This document shows, one piece after another, positions 35,595 through 47,965 of a stretch of 63,551 nucleotides of DNA (positions are counted from its first letter, which is position 1; each line of letters begins with the position of its first letter). A model generated the notes under the pieces. The model did no database searches. It saw only the letters and a list, made by a program, of their open reading frames with translations, and was not told the DNA's origin. Source of the DNA: Lama glama (Eukaryota). The stretch covers positions 59,150,450 through 59,214,000 of the forward strand of contig CM052816.1 of NCBI GenBank assembly GCA_028534125.1. The letters run 5' to 3'. A program made the translations under genes and the position numbers.

Positions 35595-35830
35595 CTACAA
35601 ATAACTGTTGGGCCCTCATGGTGTGCCCGGCACTGTAGGACGTGCTTTGTATGCATCATCTCATCGATCCTCACAACCACTCCATGGAGTTTGGTGCTAT
35701 TACTATCCTCCTTTTACAGATAAGGCAATGGGAACTCAGAAAGGGGAAGTGACCTGAGGTTACACAGCTGGTAAGTCGTAGGGCTGGAATTAGAACTCCG
35801 GTTTGTTTAATATCAAACTCACTCTGATTT
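35595..35830 (-). mobile_element. MIR SINE
   Basis: tgtgcccggcactgtagg...atcctcacaaccac...ttttacagataaggcaatgggaactcagaaaggggaagtgacctgaggttacacagctggtaagt. Confidence 0.9.
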
Positions 35831-38309
35831 TGGAAGGGACTACTGAAAGGAGAGCTCAGGGGCTTAGAGAGTGAGCTGGGGTGTGGCCACATCCACATCT
35901 TGGGCAGGAAATCTAGGCACCGTCAGTGGCAAATACCTCTTGAAGACTGGGTACCTCAATCCCACAGGGAGATTCATTCAGTGCAGAAGGTGGCTTTTGC
36001 AGTTCTTTGGGTTGGAAAAGGGACGACTGAACTCAGTTCCCATTTTCTAAAGTTTGCCCCTGACGCTGCCCAACTCAGGTCCAGATGGAATATGGAATAG
36101 GGATAGATGCTTGCTGGCCACGAAGCTGGTTCCTGAATTGTGTGACTGATTCCCAAGTGTGATTGTAGAGACAGGGCAGCAGGGAAGGCACAAGAGTGCC
36201 AGGAATAGTCTCAGAGAAAAGCAGAGTGTGTCATCCAGCACCTCTGGTTCCAGGTCCCCAGCCATTAAATGACCTTAACTCTTCCTCAGCTGGGTTTTAT
36301 TAAACACATCCTTTGCCCATACTTTTTTTCCCAAGTGACTGTTTAAACATAATTTTAAAAAAGGTGAACATGCTTTTGTTTTTTTTTTAAGAATTCAGAG
36401 ATCAGAAAATCCTTGAGCAGCTTTTAAACATTTTAACTCTTGAAGTTTAACAGCTTGGCTGTCGTAGTGAAAGGAACAAGTTATAAATGGCATTTAAACA
36501 CAAACCGAGTTCTTTTCTCACAACTTTCATGGACTTCATTCTTGCTAACCACAGGGCATAATCTGTCTTATCATCTATGGAAGCCTTTTTTTATTTGTCA
36601 TGGATTCTGGGCGGGTGGTGGAAATACATTATGTGTGCTTATCTAATGTAGTTATTGTAAACTTAATAAGTGGCCTTCTAAAAACCACTTGCAGATGATT
36701 TTTAACAGGTCCTGCAACCTAAATTACTAAGGTTTAAAAGTGCACAAAGATCTTACAAAGGCCCTTGGCTAATGTCAAGCTCGATTCTCTGTGTATGTTC
36801 TCCTAGGTCTAGGTCAGACAAGTCCCAGCTGTAATTTGATGACAACAAACCTAAGCACTGTGACATATGACCCTAGAAATTAACCCCCCCCCCCAAATCT
36901 CTGAAAGAGTTGAAGTTTGTTACCAGTTAACTGGCAGAAGCTGAATAGCGTACGGGTGGAACAATGAATCCACATTTCTTTGAAAGAGGAAGCTAAGTAA
37001 GAATGGAACAATCTGTAAATGTGGGAGGGGAGTAGGTAGTGAATCTCCCAAGGTTAACCGCATTGCCACTACTTCAGTTTTCCCAAGTTGGAAAAAAACA
37101 GGCTAAGTTTTGCACCACCCAAAATGAAGTCAGACCAGGCCCATCATGTTTTAAATATGTGGTGATGCTTTCTTTAGAAGAGGCCCCTGAAGAAGACATA
37201 AGAAAGAACAGTTCTGCCCGCAGGCCCTGTCTAATGCTGGCTTTGACGGCTCCTTTGGGCTTTTATGTGACTATTTACTCTGAATAAATAATGGGACCAC
37301 ATTCTCACACAAGGACGGCTAATTCTGTAGCATTTTGAGAGCCACAAATGGCCGCAAAATCAAGCCTTGTACTTACATGTACAAAGGGATCTGGAACTCC
37401 AGCAAGAAGCTTGCGTTCCTCTCACATTCGAATCCTTAGTCTGACTAACACCAGGAGTCTTTGGTCCATTTGCATTTAGGGTGTCTGTTGTTTTTTTGGT
37501 TGGTTGGTAAATTGGTTGTGTCTTCCACAGTTACATTTGGAGGAAGTGATGGGGGAATGGAATATTTAGGTAGATTTGTAGGAAGGAGGTTGACACTGAC
37601 CTCTGTCTTTCATGTGTATCTAGTTAGGCCATTGAGTTTCCAAAGAGATGTTTTGTCAGTTATTTAGGGAGTGGAGGGAATGAGAAATTGACTTGGCTTC
37701 TCACTGGATGATGCTAAGAAGTGTTGGGATGCTAGGAATAAGTGCTAAATAGCCAAGAAAAAAGGGCCAACGACTACTCCCCTCCACAAACAGGTTTCTC
37801 AGATATCTCACCTTGTGACCACTGGAGGTGTTCCGATGGTTCACTATAATAAAGGAGGGGAGTGGAGTTAAATGCATATCCCTTCTTTGCTGACGTCTCA
37901 AGACTGCAATTATCTCTCAATTCCACACTCATCACTCCCCAGGCCCACAGGGAATTCACTCTCATTACTGTGCCCTTTGGGAATTGAACTCCAGGCCAAT
38001 GAGAATAAATAGATGAAAAAGACTAGAAAGAAATTAAAAAGAAGTGGCCCTTCACTTTTGCAGCAGTCAGATTTCAACTTGAAAATAGATGGAGAGAAAT
38101 ACAGACCATGGCTACTATAACTAGAGAATGCACACAATTGCATCCATTAAATTAGGTGCATGTTTTTACCCTGACCTACTTTAGACTTTCCAATGATTCT
38201 CTTTATTTAGATGCTATAGAACAGAAATTTTCCCTAAAGGTCCATTTGTTGACTGTTTTCTGCAGAACAACAAATATGAAAAAGGTGAATATTAGCTACT
38301 CAGTAACTG

Positions 38310-38405
38310 CCTGTTAATTACTTCTCCTGATTGTAAGCTCCTTGAGAGAGGCATTGGATCTGAATCACTGTTGTAAACCCAAGGCACTGTGCATGGGTTT
38401 ATAGT
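38310..38405 (+). mobile_element. L2 3' fragment
   Basis: gattgtaagctccttgagagaggc...tcactgttgtaaacccaaggcactgtgcat. Confidence 0.6.
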
Positions 38406-38410
38406 ATAGG

Positions 38411-38531
38411 TTTATTATAATAACCTATAATGAAAAAGAATATGAAAACAAATATATGTATGACTGAAACATTACACTGTACACCAGAAATTGATACCTT
38501 GTAACTGATGATACTTAAATTAAAAAAAAAA
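38411..38531 (+). mobile_element. Short lineage-specific L1 3' tail with poly(A)
   Basis: taataacctataatgaaaaagaatatgaaaac...tgactgaaacattacactgtacaccagaaattgatacc...tacttaaattaaaaaaaaa. Confidence 0.85.
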
Positions 38532-39055
38532 CAGAATTGAGTGCTATAGTAACAAATATACTAAATAAACATTAAGTTTAATTGCCATGCACATCCATGA
38601 TGGTGACATTAGGGTGAAAAATACTCTTTTTGCTGTTTACATTGAAGTTCAGTTTTCAGAGTGAGTGATGACAAGAAGAGGAAGGGTCAAAATATTCAGT
38701 GAAGTGGAAGCATCCAAGGATTGATAAGCAAAAATAATTAGTAGTCAGTTGCAGGTCAATTTTTAAGCCTCAAATCAGTCATTTGCAATGTGGCTAAAAA
38801 AAAAAAGAGCTGGAAAGCATTGACTTCTCTGCACCATCTCTTTATGACTCAACCACTGTCTTCAAGAAACTTGGTCATCCAAATGTGTTACACTGATCCT
38901 TTAAAGCCACTAAGTTGGCAAGACTTGCCCTCCTCCAATTAATCATTTATTCTTTTATTCAGTACAAATTTTTTACACCTATTAGAGGTCAATATGCTAG
39001 CCCTGAGGAATAGAAGAAAAACTGTACAGTGTATTTACCTTCATTACTTATAAAC

Positions 39056-39407
39056 TGCCTTAAATTTTTTGAGCTGCTATAACAAAAACACTATAGATTG
39101 GGTGGCTTGTTAAAAAGAGAAATTTGTGCCTCACAGTTTTGGAGGCTGGAAGTCCTAAGTCAGGGCACCAGCACGGTCAGGTGAAACCCTTTTCTGGGTT
39201 TCAGACTACAGATTTCTCATTGTATCTTCACATGGTGGAAAGGGCAAGGGCACTCTCTAAACATACTTTTATAAGGGCACTAATTCCATTTGTGAGGGCT
39301 CCAGCCTCGACCTCATCATCTCCCAAAGACCCCACCTCCCAATATCATCACCTTGGGGGTTAGGTTTCAACACATCAAATTTGGGAGTACACATTTATAT
39401 CATAGTG
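39056..39407 (-). mobile_element. MaLR solo LTR, MLT1A-like
   Basis: gctgctataacaaaaacactatagattgggtggctt...ctcacagttttggaggctggaagtcc...ttttataagggcactaattcc...cccacctcccaatatcatcaccttgggggttagg. Confidence 0.9.
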
Positions 39408-39536
39408 TAACTTAATTAAGGAGAAAATACATAAGCACATGAAAAACTAAGGTAATCAATAACGGAAATGTCAGTGCGAAAAAAATTAGAAGACAGTATG
39501 TGATCAAAAACCTGAAGAACAGAGTCTAAAAGTGCT

Positions 39537-39571
39537 TTTTCTTTCTTTCTTTCTTTCTTTTTTTTTCTTTT
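39537..39571. repeat. (TTTC)n / poly-T tract
   Basis: Seen directly. Confidence 0.85.
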
Positions 39572-39574
39572 GAA

Positions 39575-40200
39575 GCACCACTTCCCCATCTTGATATATA
39601 GGATTACTGCAGAAGCCATGTTTTTGTAGCATGACCTCACTGGCCTGGTCAAAGTTGAATGGACCAAGAGTGGTACCTGACCAAGCTGGACCAGTCAGAT
39701 CCTCTCCCAGGAATTTGAAATTGGGTATAGTTTAGTTATTCTCCTTTATTTATTAAAAAAAATTAATTGAAGTGTAGTTGATTTATAATGATAGTTTTAG
39801 GTGTACAGTAAAGTGATTCAATTGTACCTATACATACGTACATATTTCTTCAGTTTCTTTTCTATTACAGCTCATTACAAGAAACTGAATAATGTCCCAT
39901 GTGCTCTACAGTAGGGTTATTCTCTTTTATAGAAGAGATGTAAACATTGGCAGTAGCCATTTTCTACCATGACAAAGCAAAGAAAGTCGGTTGCAGTGAG
40001 GAAAAAGAATAAAGCAAATGTGAAGAGAGAAGCAAAGATTAACGGAGAGGAGGGACTCTCATTCTCTAAAGGGCTCTAGTTCCTAGTTTCAGTAGTTCTG
40101 AGTCTGAGTTTTCTCTCCTTGAGATTCTGTTTAAGGGTGCACTTCCACTTCTGCAGAAAACAATTTCATCTTTAACAAGTTGGCTAGTTGATCTGACATC
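39575..40200 (+). mobile_element. ERVL solo LTR, LTR16-like, interrupted by an L1 tail
   Basis: gaatggaccaagagtggtacctgaccaagctggaccagtcagatcctctcccaggaattt...gcagtagccattttctacca...gagagaagcaaaga. Confidence 0.6.
39750..39915 (-). mobile_element. Short lineage-specific L1 3' tail with TSD
   Basis: ttgaagtgtagttgatttataatg...ggtgtacagtaaagtgattca; TSD gttattctc(c/t)tttat at 39735-39749 and 39916-39930. Confidence 0.88.
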
Positions 40201-40374
40201 TGGCTGGTCTGTATCATTGGAAAGCTGGGAAATTCCTGGTCCAAGTTGAGGATGCTTTCCTAATACCCCCTTCCTCCTGCAGGACGTGTTTTCTAGCACC
40301 TCTCATTTTATACCATCTCAGAGGTTGGGTCCTGCCAAAACTCCCTCATTACCCTTTCTTTTAGGTTCCAAAGT

Positions 40375-40590
40375 GGACATGTGCTTCACATATTTTATCT
40401 TATTTAATCCTTACAGTAACCCTTTTATGAGGTCAATACTGTAATTAGTCAATACTCCATTTCAAGATAAATTTGGTGTGCAAAGAGATTGAGCAGTTTA
40501 TCTAATGTCACCTATCTAATAAGTGGTAGACTCAGGATGTAAACTGAAGTAGCATGACTCCTAAGCACATGCTCCTAATCACTCAGTGAC
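40375..40590 (-). mobile_element. MIR SINE
   Basis: gcttcacatattttatcttatttaatccttacagtaaccc...aatgtcacctatctaataagtggtagactcaggatgtaaact. Confidence 0.75.
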
Positions 40591-40699
40591 TCTCCCTCCT
40601 TTTGCTGGTATAGCAATAGGGTGGTCTTTTCTTCAGCACTCTAAAGTGTTAGGCTCTTTCTATTTCTCCCATTTCATATTTTATTATCATAAGGCACTA

Positions 40700-41120
40700 A
40701 TCTAGTAGCAGAAACTAGGTAGATTCTCACTAATGTCTTTCCCCTTGCCAGGTGCACTGAAAGTCTAAATCTCCTACTCTCCCTTGAGGTGGGAGACACA
40801 TACTGTATACTGGCCCTGGAATGGGACAAAAAGGTGACATGTGCTCCTTCCAAGCCTGGACAGAAGCTCCTCTAGACCATTTTCTTTGCTCTCTCTTCTT
40901 CTTCCATGTAGATAGGGAGTCCATATCCTGTAGCTGATGGTGGCACAAGCCATAAGGAGCTTAGATCCCCCAGTCATCACATGGAGACGAATTACCTAGG
41001 AGAAGCATCCAGCACTCCTAGACTGGGACATGAGTGGGAAATAAATGTTCGTTGTGCTGAGCCACTGCAATTTGGAGTTGCTTGTTACAGAAGCTGCCAG
41101 TTTTCCTTTATCGATCCACT
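40700..41120 (+). mobile_element. MaLR solo LTR, MLT1I/J-like
   Basis: ggtgacatgtgctccttccaagcctgg...catgagtgggaaataaatgttcgttgtgctgagccactgcaatttggagttgcttgttacagaagc. Confidence 0.8.
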
Positions 41121-42329
41121 TACCGAATTCCAAAAAGTATGTAAGCACTGGTGGCCTCCAGTAAAGTAAGCATCTGGGTATGCATACCAAGATTATTTTT
41201 ATAGAAGTTTCATCTCTTAAAAAATCTGATTTGTGTTATTAATAAAAAATGTAGTGATACTAATCTCAAAAAGACACTTAGCCTTGTACTTCTGTGGTTG
41301 TTAAGAGGACAGTACCACGAGAGTCTTTGCCACAGTTGATGGGGTAAATCTTTTTGTGGCTCCTCAGAGGGTCCCTGTGTGGTGAGGTCAGCTTCTTGCT
41401 TATGCAGGACAGTCAGAGAATCGTAGAGTTACATTTCAGGACGGGATGCTCAGGAGCCCAGCTCCAACTTACATAGAGGCTTCATTTAGTTGCTTTTTGA
41501 CAGAAACTGAGTGGGATAGGAGTTCTTTTTTTTTTTTTCCAACTTACATACAGTGTGGCCATTCAGTCTTTTTGAGCCCATCATTGTAAGGGCTTTCTCT
41601 ATCCCTGCAAGTTAGAAAGGGGAGTCACTGTTATCCCAATGGAAAACTTCTAGCTTGAGTGAATAAAGGAAGATGTTACCAAGTGGAGTTAATTAAAGAA
41701 AGAACCCTTATTTTCTGTGGGAGTTGTAGAATAAAACCTAAGTGTCCTTCATGCTAGGAAGTCCAAATGGGAAGCTGATAAAGCCCTTTGGAGGAGCAGT
41801 TGAAAATGTGCAGTAAAAATTGTTAAGTTTGCTGTTAATCTCATCATTAAGTCAAAGGGTAAAGTTTTATTTCAAATTAAATTTGTCATGAATTTTTGAA
41901 AACGAACTTGCCACATTTGTAAATGATCTCAGCCACCTCCATACGGTTTGGGTAAATTGTCATCTTTCAAATGAAACTTCTGACTTTCCCAGCTTAAAGG
42001 GCTCTCTGCCTGACCATGTGAAAGTAAGGAGAGACACAAGAGCTAAAACCTATGCTTTTGTAATGTTCTTATAGTTTACATTAAATGACCCCAGACTCGG
42101 CTGCCAAGAGATTGCTGCATTAGGATTCAGGGATGTGAGCTTTGGAGGTGTTACACTTAAAATAATTTGTGGTTATTGTTTTTCTATATTATTACTCATT
42201 CAGCTAATATTTCCTGAATGCTTTAATGTTCTATGCATTAAGTGCAACAAAACTGTTAACCCACTGTCAATGGGGTAATTGACAATTTGCTGCCACCTAT
42301 ACTAGAACAAGCCTAGTTTTAATACACTA

Positions 42330-42390
42330 TGTGATGGGATCCAGAGGCTGGCACTTAGTGGGTGCTCAATAAATGCTTGTTGAATGTATG
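42330..42390 (+). mobile_element. L2 3' terminus
   Basis: ctggcacttagtgggtgctcaataaatgcttgttgaatgtatga. Confidence 0.8.
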
Positions 42391-42509
42391 AGCCCATTGT
42401 GAAATCTGAGAAATCCTGTGTGAGCAACAGCATCAACTTCACTTCTGCTCAGTCTGTGTCCTCGTGGGAAGGATTCACTTTCCCATGTCAAAACAGGAAA
42501 GGAATTGTT

Positions 42510-42620
42510 TCTATCATGTGTTCATGCAGCAAACATTTTTTGAGTAGCTATTTTGTGGTAGATGCAGTGCTGGGCACACCAGCAGGGAGACACTCATGCT
42601 CTGATCTCTAGTTCCAGCAG
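42510..42620 (-). mobile_element. L2 3' terminus
   Basis: ttcatgcagcaaacattttttgagtagctattttgtggtagatgcagtgctgggcac. Confidence 0.6.
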
Positions 42621-43015
42621 CAACATATTGAGTGACCCATGCTTTATTGACTTGGGTAGATTGGTAATTACTCAGTGAAGCACTAATGCCTTTGAAACTA
42701 TCTCCTTTCTTTCATCCTCAATTATTTCAAGAGAGGAGAGAGAGAAGCAGCCAGTTTGTATGAGTGTCAGGGTCATAATAAAGCCTGATTTACTTAAGAG
42801 TACATGGAATGAAACAAACAAAGTGTTAACCAACATTTTCTTTGAAATGAGACTGGAAAGGATTAGCTGAGGGGATGACATCATTAGAGAGAGAAGCACC
42901 ATTAATCACTGTCCTGAAATAATCCAAATTGAATATCTTATTGTTTAATTATTTTTAATCTTTTGGAAACACAAAGCTGCCTCAGGGTGATTTCTTTTGT
43001 CCCTTTCTCCTACAG

Positions 43016-43160
43016 AGCAGCCTGCTTTGGGAGCTGAAGGCTTCCTGTGTATTCCTTGAACAGGATCCAAAGTCATTCCAAATATACCGTGAAGTGGACA
43101 TTGATGATGAAGCTGGTGGAGAAACCAGGTTGGAGAAAGATGGAGAGGAAGAGAGCTGCC
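43016..43160 (+). other. Exon-like segment (145 nt), unverified
   Basis: Strong acceptor tttcttttgtccctttctcctacag and donor GCC|GTAAGT. Purine-rich body; one frame open throughout. Confidence 0.3.
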
Positions 43161-43810
43161 GTAAGTAGCCAGAGCTAGTGTTAGAAGTTGAAAGATGATC
43201 TTTGACCTTCTCGTGACTCATAAGGCACTTGATAACTCCTACCCCTTAGTCAAGAATTTTCAAGCTCAACAAAAACACTTTTAGCTAAGATGTCATTTTT
43301 ACCCAGCTTCACAAGGACAACTTATTTTAGTTTCTGTGTTGACCAAGTACACTTTTTCACTTTTGACTATCTACTAGCCAGCCATCTTGGTCTATCCATG
43401 TCTATTTGCTTGGTCTTGCACTTGGTCCAGACATAGATTGGGTGGTGAGGTCCTATTCCTCCATTGTGGGAAATGGATCATGAGATGTGGTATGGATTAG
43501 AGCTGCCAATATGCAAAATAAAGAGAGAGAAATCTTTAAATCAAGAGTCATTTAGAGTTGTATCTGGACTTGCAAGCTAAGGGAATCCTTACAGTGGAAG
43601 ATTCTTGGGCTACATACCCTGGGTGTATCCCAAAACTTTGTAACACTTTCACAGCCCCAATCTCTGATTCTGCCCTGAGACCGATAAGGAGTACCAGTTA
43701 TTCCATTTATCACCATTGAAATGCCTAGTTTCCTTATTTGGCTCTTTGAAAGGCCCATAAAGCCAGATTAAAGAATTATAGCTAGTCTTAACAGGTTTTG
43801 GCCTATGCTC

Positions 43811-43965
43811 TGTGGTAGATTAAAGATGGCTACAGATTGTTTGACACTCTTTCAATAAGAGGTGAAGTCTGTGTCCCCTCAGCTTGACTCTGGACACACT
43901 CTGTGACTGCTGGGACTGTTTGACAATGGAATACTTTGGAGGTGACACTGTGCCTGTTTCTGTGG
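43811..43965 (+). mobile_element. MaLR LTR 5' fragment (MLT1G/H-like)
   Basis: tgtggtagattaaagatggctacagattgtttgacactctttcaataagaggtgaagtctgtgtcccctc. Confidence 0.75.
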
Positions 43966-45399
43966 TACTTTGTTATGTGGCAACAGATACCTAGAACACA
44001 CTTGTTGGGTTGAAGGAATGGACATCTGAATATGGTGATACCTCTTAAAGTGGTGTGACAATGAGCATGGTTAATAAAAATCTACGATATTCCTTGTATT
44101 GTGCCAAGTTTGGCGGGTAGAGGTATTCATACATGACTCCTGTTTTTCAGAAGTTCACAGTCTAATGGAGACGATAGATGTGTATGAAATGTCAAGATCT
44201 GAATCAGTGATAGCACTGATGGGATGCAGGCTTACCAGGGTTCCTTGGGTTATTCTGAAGAGTGAACTGAAAACCACATTTTAAGAAGCATTAGCTGTAG
44301 AAATACTACTGAGTTTGGAGTAACTCTCTGAGACCATGCAGGGACTAATCCAGAAAACCTTCACGGAGAAGGTGACAGTTCAGCAAATCCAGACTTCTGG
44401 CAGCCTTACATGTTGTGATTGGTATAATCAGACGAGTGCCAAAAGACTTCCTTAACCAAAAATATCTGCCTCACTAGCCCTGCTGTAGTGGCCAAAATTC
44501 CTACAAGATTCCACCTTTGAAGGGGCTTTGAAGGTCTTCGCAAATTTTAAAGTGTTGTTTGGAAAGGGTAACCCCGTAGGTCATTTTTAGTCACTAATAT
44601 ATTAGCCTGAATGTCCTTATTTTTATGTTCCATATTATTATATTTTATTGACTATCCAGTCTAGTCCTTGTATACTATAGGTGCTCAAAATCCTTTTTTT
44701 CTGATTAAATAAATACTCATCCTGGGCTGAGAAAGTATGGTGTTTAAAGATATAGATGGTTTGAGAGAGAGAGAGACTCCAGTGAGTTTTAAGGAACCTC
44801 TCCTTTCAAAGGACAAATTGCTTCCTGGGTGAAGAATGACTATATGCTTTTGAAAAAATAAATACATGTTTAGCACTGGGGGTGGCAGTGAGGAACACAG
44901 CAGGATTTGGCGTGATGCATTCAAAGAAGTTGCAATCTAATTAATCACAATTAACCACAGACTCAGAGAAAATTAGTGTATACATATTTTAATGTGGCAG
45001 CCATTGAAAATCGTGTAAGAATCAGGAAAAAAAAAAAAGTCAGTTAGAGTGGGCTTCTAGTGCCAAGGAAAGTTCTTTACAAGCTAGTGACAAAAAAGGA
45101 CCTGACTCTTGCGCAATATGTTCGATGTTGCTCCAGATGCAAAGAACGACAGGAGAGTCTGTGAAAGAATATCAGGACCTAGAGGAAGCCTGTCTTTTGG
45201 AAATGATAATTAAGCATAATAATTGTTTGGGTTATGAAGGAAGATAATTTTACTGACTCCTTCTCAGCTGATACCAAAACCAAATCTCTGGGACTATCAT
45301 GGTCAGAAGGAATTCTTTCAGATATTTTGGTCATCTAATCTCTTTGCCCTACCTATTTCCTAAAAAAGGTTAGGCGCGCAGCATCATTAATCCCATTTC

Positions 45400-45740
45400 T
45401 ATATAGCTGACAGCCTTTCTAAAAGGTAGGTCTGATGATAACACTTCCCTGCTTAAAATCCTTAAAAAAAAAAATTCCCAATGCCTCAACCTAGCACAGA
45501 ACTCCAGAGCCTGCCCCCCTCGCCTCTCCAGGCCCCCATCTTGCCACAGCTGTTTACACCGCAGGCTCTGGCCACGCACCTGTGTCTTGAAGCTCCTTTC
45601 CCCATAGCCTTTCTCAGCCCACAGTGCCTTCTCTTCCCACCTAGATGAAACTTCTGCCTGTACTACAATCAGCTCAGGCATCAACTCCCTAATTATAGCA
45701 ATGCACTTATTGTTCTCTGTTGTGCCCTCACTGCACTTAG
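45400..45740 (+). mobile_element. L2 internal fragment
   Basis: ctttctaaaaggtaggtctgatgataacacttccctgcttaaaatcctt...tcagctcaggcatcaactcc. Confidence 0.7.
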
Positions 45741-45759
45741 AAAAAGTTGGTATTCTAGA

Positions 45760-46214
45760 TATTGCTCTGTGCTCCCTAGGCCCACTCTCCTCCTTCCTCT
45801 GTTCTCTGGCCCCCAGGGGGCTGGCCTGTATGTACTCTGGCGACCTTGTTCTCCAGCTCCCAGTGGGATTTGGCTAATGGGAGTCACTTGGTAGGAAATC
45901 AGGAAGGAGGGTGAATGGGAGATGAGGTATTTACTTCCTGGCTCCTCCTGCCCCCAACCACCACCTGGTTGCTTGCTATGCTTTGTCTGTTCCTTTCAGG
46001 CAACCCTATCCCCATAGCTACCCTCTCCTGCTTCTGCGACGCTCTCCCCTGTTCTGATTCTTCGGGTCTCCAGGGTTTGCCATAGTTCTTACTAGCTAGT
46101 GACCATGGAGTACTGCCCTGCCCTTGTCTGCTCCCTGAAACCCTGCCCAGGCCTTTTCACTAATTACGCAATCTGAGTGGGCTATCTGTATCCTGTAGAA
46201 CTCTGACTGATCCA
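45760..46214 (+). mobile_element. ERVL solo LTR, LTR33-like
   Basis: gatttggctaatgggagtcacttggtaggaaatcagg...gaggtatttacttcc...aattacgcaatctgagtgggctatctgtatcctg...ctctgactgatcca. Confidence 0.7.
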
Positions 46215-47769
46215 CCTGGTTTGCAGAGTCAGATCAGGAGCTTTATAAAACATTCATAATCCGATAAATTGGTATCTTGTTTTTCCCAAGAGGCCATCTG
46301 AACTGCCTCTTTGAGCTGTTAGACAGGTAGCCCCAGCCTGCTAACAACAACAGAAAACTTTATTCCAGTTCCATCCCCGCTAATAACTTTTGCACCTCAG
46401 ATGAGAAGTTTCAATGCCAAGTCCATATACTGAGTCCAAAGCAACAGATCTAGTGAATTTGGATCAGGAAAATGCCAACAGTAGAACTGTAACAGCTGGG
46501 TGTACCCCATCCCCATCACCAGAGGAGGGAACATTTCTGTGGGGCTGGGGGCAACGTAGGGAACCAATCCTGATCTTCTAATCCCACCACCCAGTATGGA
46601 GGCAGCAAGTCGATCACATAACAGGTGTTTGTAATTTGGGTTGCCCCAGATAGTTAATCCAAAGTAAATGTTCAACGCACGCATGTAAAATAGAGTTTAA
46701 TTGGATGATTGCTCAAGCCACCAGCCCTGTGGAGTGCTGACTTGAAACTAGAGTTAAATTTCTGTTTGAACCCGCCAGTTTCTGAAGGCACCCTCTGTCC
46801 TTCCTGGGATATTGGTGGCAGAGCTAACATTATGATCCGTTTGTGGACTGTCCCTAGGGAGGACGACCACCCAATAGTCTCTAAATGCAAGCCAAGGAGA
46901 GTAACTCGCCGTGAAATGTTTGCCAAATGATAATGTCACATAAACCACAGCGGGTAGAAAATTACACGTCTGAGCTGGGGACAGCCATGCATTTAAAGGT
47001 TAAAATCAGCCAGGAATCCCACTGGCTTTCCTCCCTGACACATGCCTGCGTCCACACAGGCAGATGTATCTGAGCCTCTAGGTTGGGGGATCTGGAGAGG
47101 TAGCCACCACAGAGAAGGGGTTTTTCATGAGCGTTGCTCGTGGATGAAAGTGAAACCCCTGACTTGTGCGCCCAGGGGCTAAGATCTGAACTCTTGGCCT
47201 GAAAGAGGGGCTCTGTTGAAAGAACAGTAGTCCTCCCTATGCTGAAATTGGCCAGTGGGATTTTTTCAATTTGCACCTGGTGTTGGGCAGGAGTTCATGA
47301 AAATCCACAGAAAGGAATGTTTCCGAGTTGAATGATGGACGGAGAAAAAAAAATGCTGAACGGTAGTCCTTTGGAATCATGAAAAGCACTGATTCAATTT
47401 GTAAAATGGAGACTTAAGTCTTTGCTGAGGAGGATGTTTCTCGGCCAGCCTTGGAGGTCTGCTCTCCACCAACACATGCAATGGAGCATTTGCCATCACC
47501 TCATCTGTTAGTCTTTGCAAGCTGAACTGAGACACTCAAAGCCACCCAGAGGGAGACAGAAAAGCTGTCCTTTTCTAACCAGGAGTCTTTTTCATCTTCT
47601 TTGTCCAATGCAGAAGGCTTTCTCCACCCCACTAAATATTGAAAATCCATACTCAGTGACAGCCCATTCTTGACAAAGTTGAAGAGTTTGGTTCTTTTCT
47701 CAGCCTACATTTTATTTCCAAAAGGGCCACAGTTTTTCTGTAAAATATGTGTCTTATTTCATCCAGAAT

Positions 47770-47965
47770 TTTGTTTATCTTTTAAGTAGTATGAAAAAAA
47801 ATGCTTATATACAAATTTCAAATGCCACTGAAGAGAGTAATTAAAAAACTTAAAGTCACCCTTAATGTTACTCTAGAAATGACCACTATCCAAGGATTGG
47901 AGGGTACTCTGTTACACTTTATCTACTAAGCATTTAGCAGCATACAAGGCATGCATTTTTTTTTA
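47770..47965 (-). mobile_element. Possible L1ME-like 3' end remnant
   Basis: tatgaaaaaaaatgcttatatacaaatttcaaatg...aaagtcaccctt...ctagaaatgaccactat. Confidence 0.4.

Noticed and set aside
42287..42305. CTCF-like site gctgccacctatact
   Set aside because: Only half of the core matches; the CCAC/CCGC end is missing.
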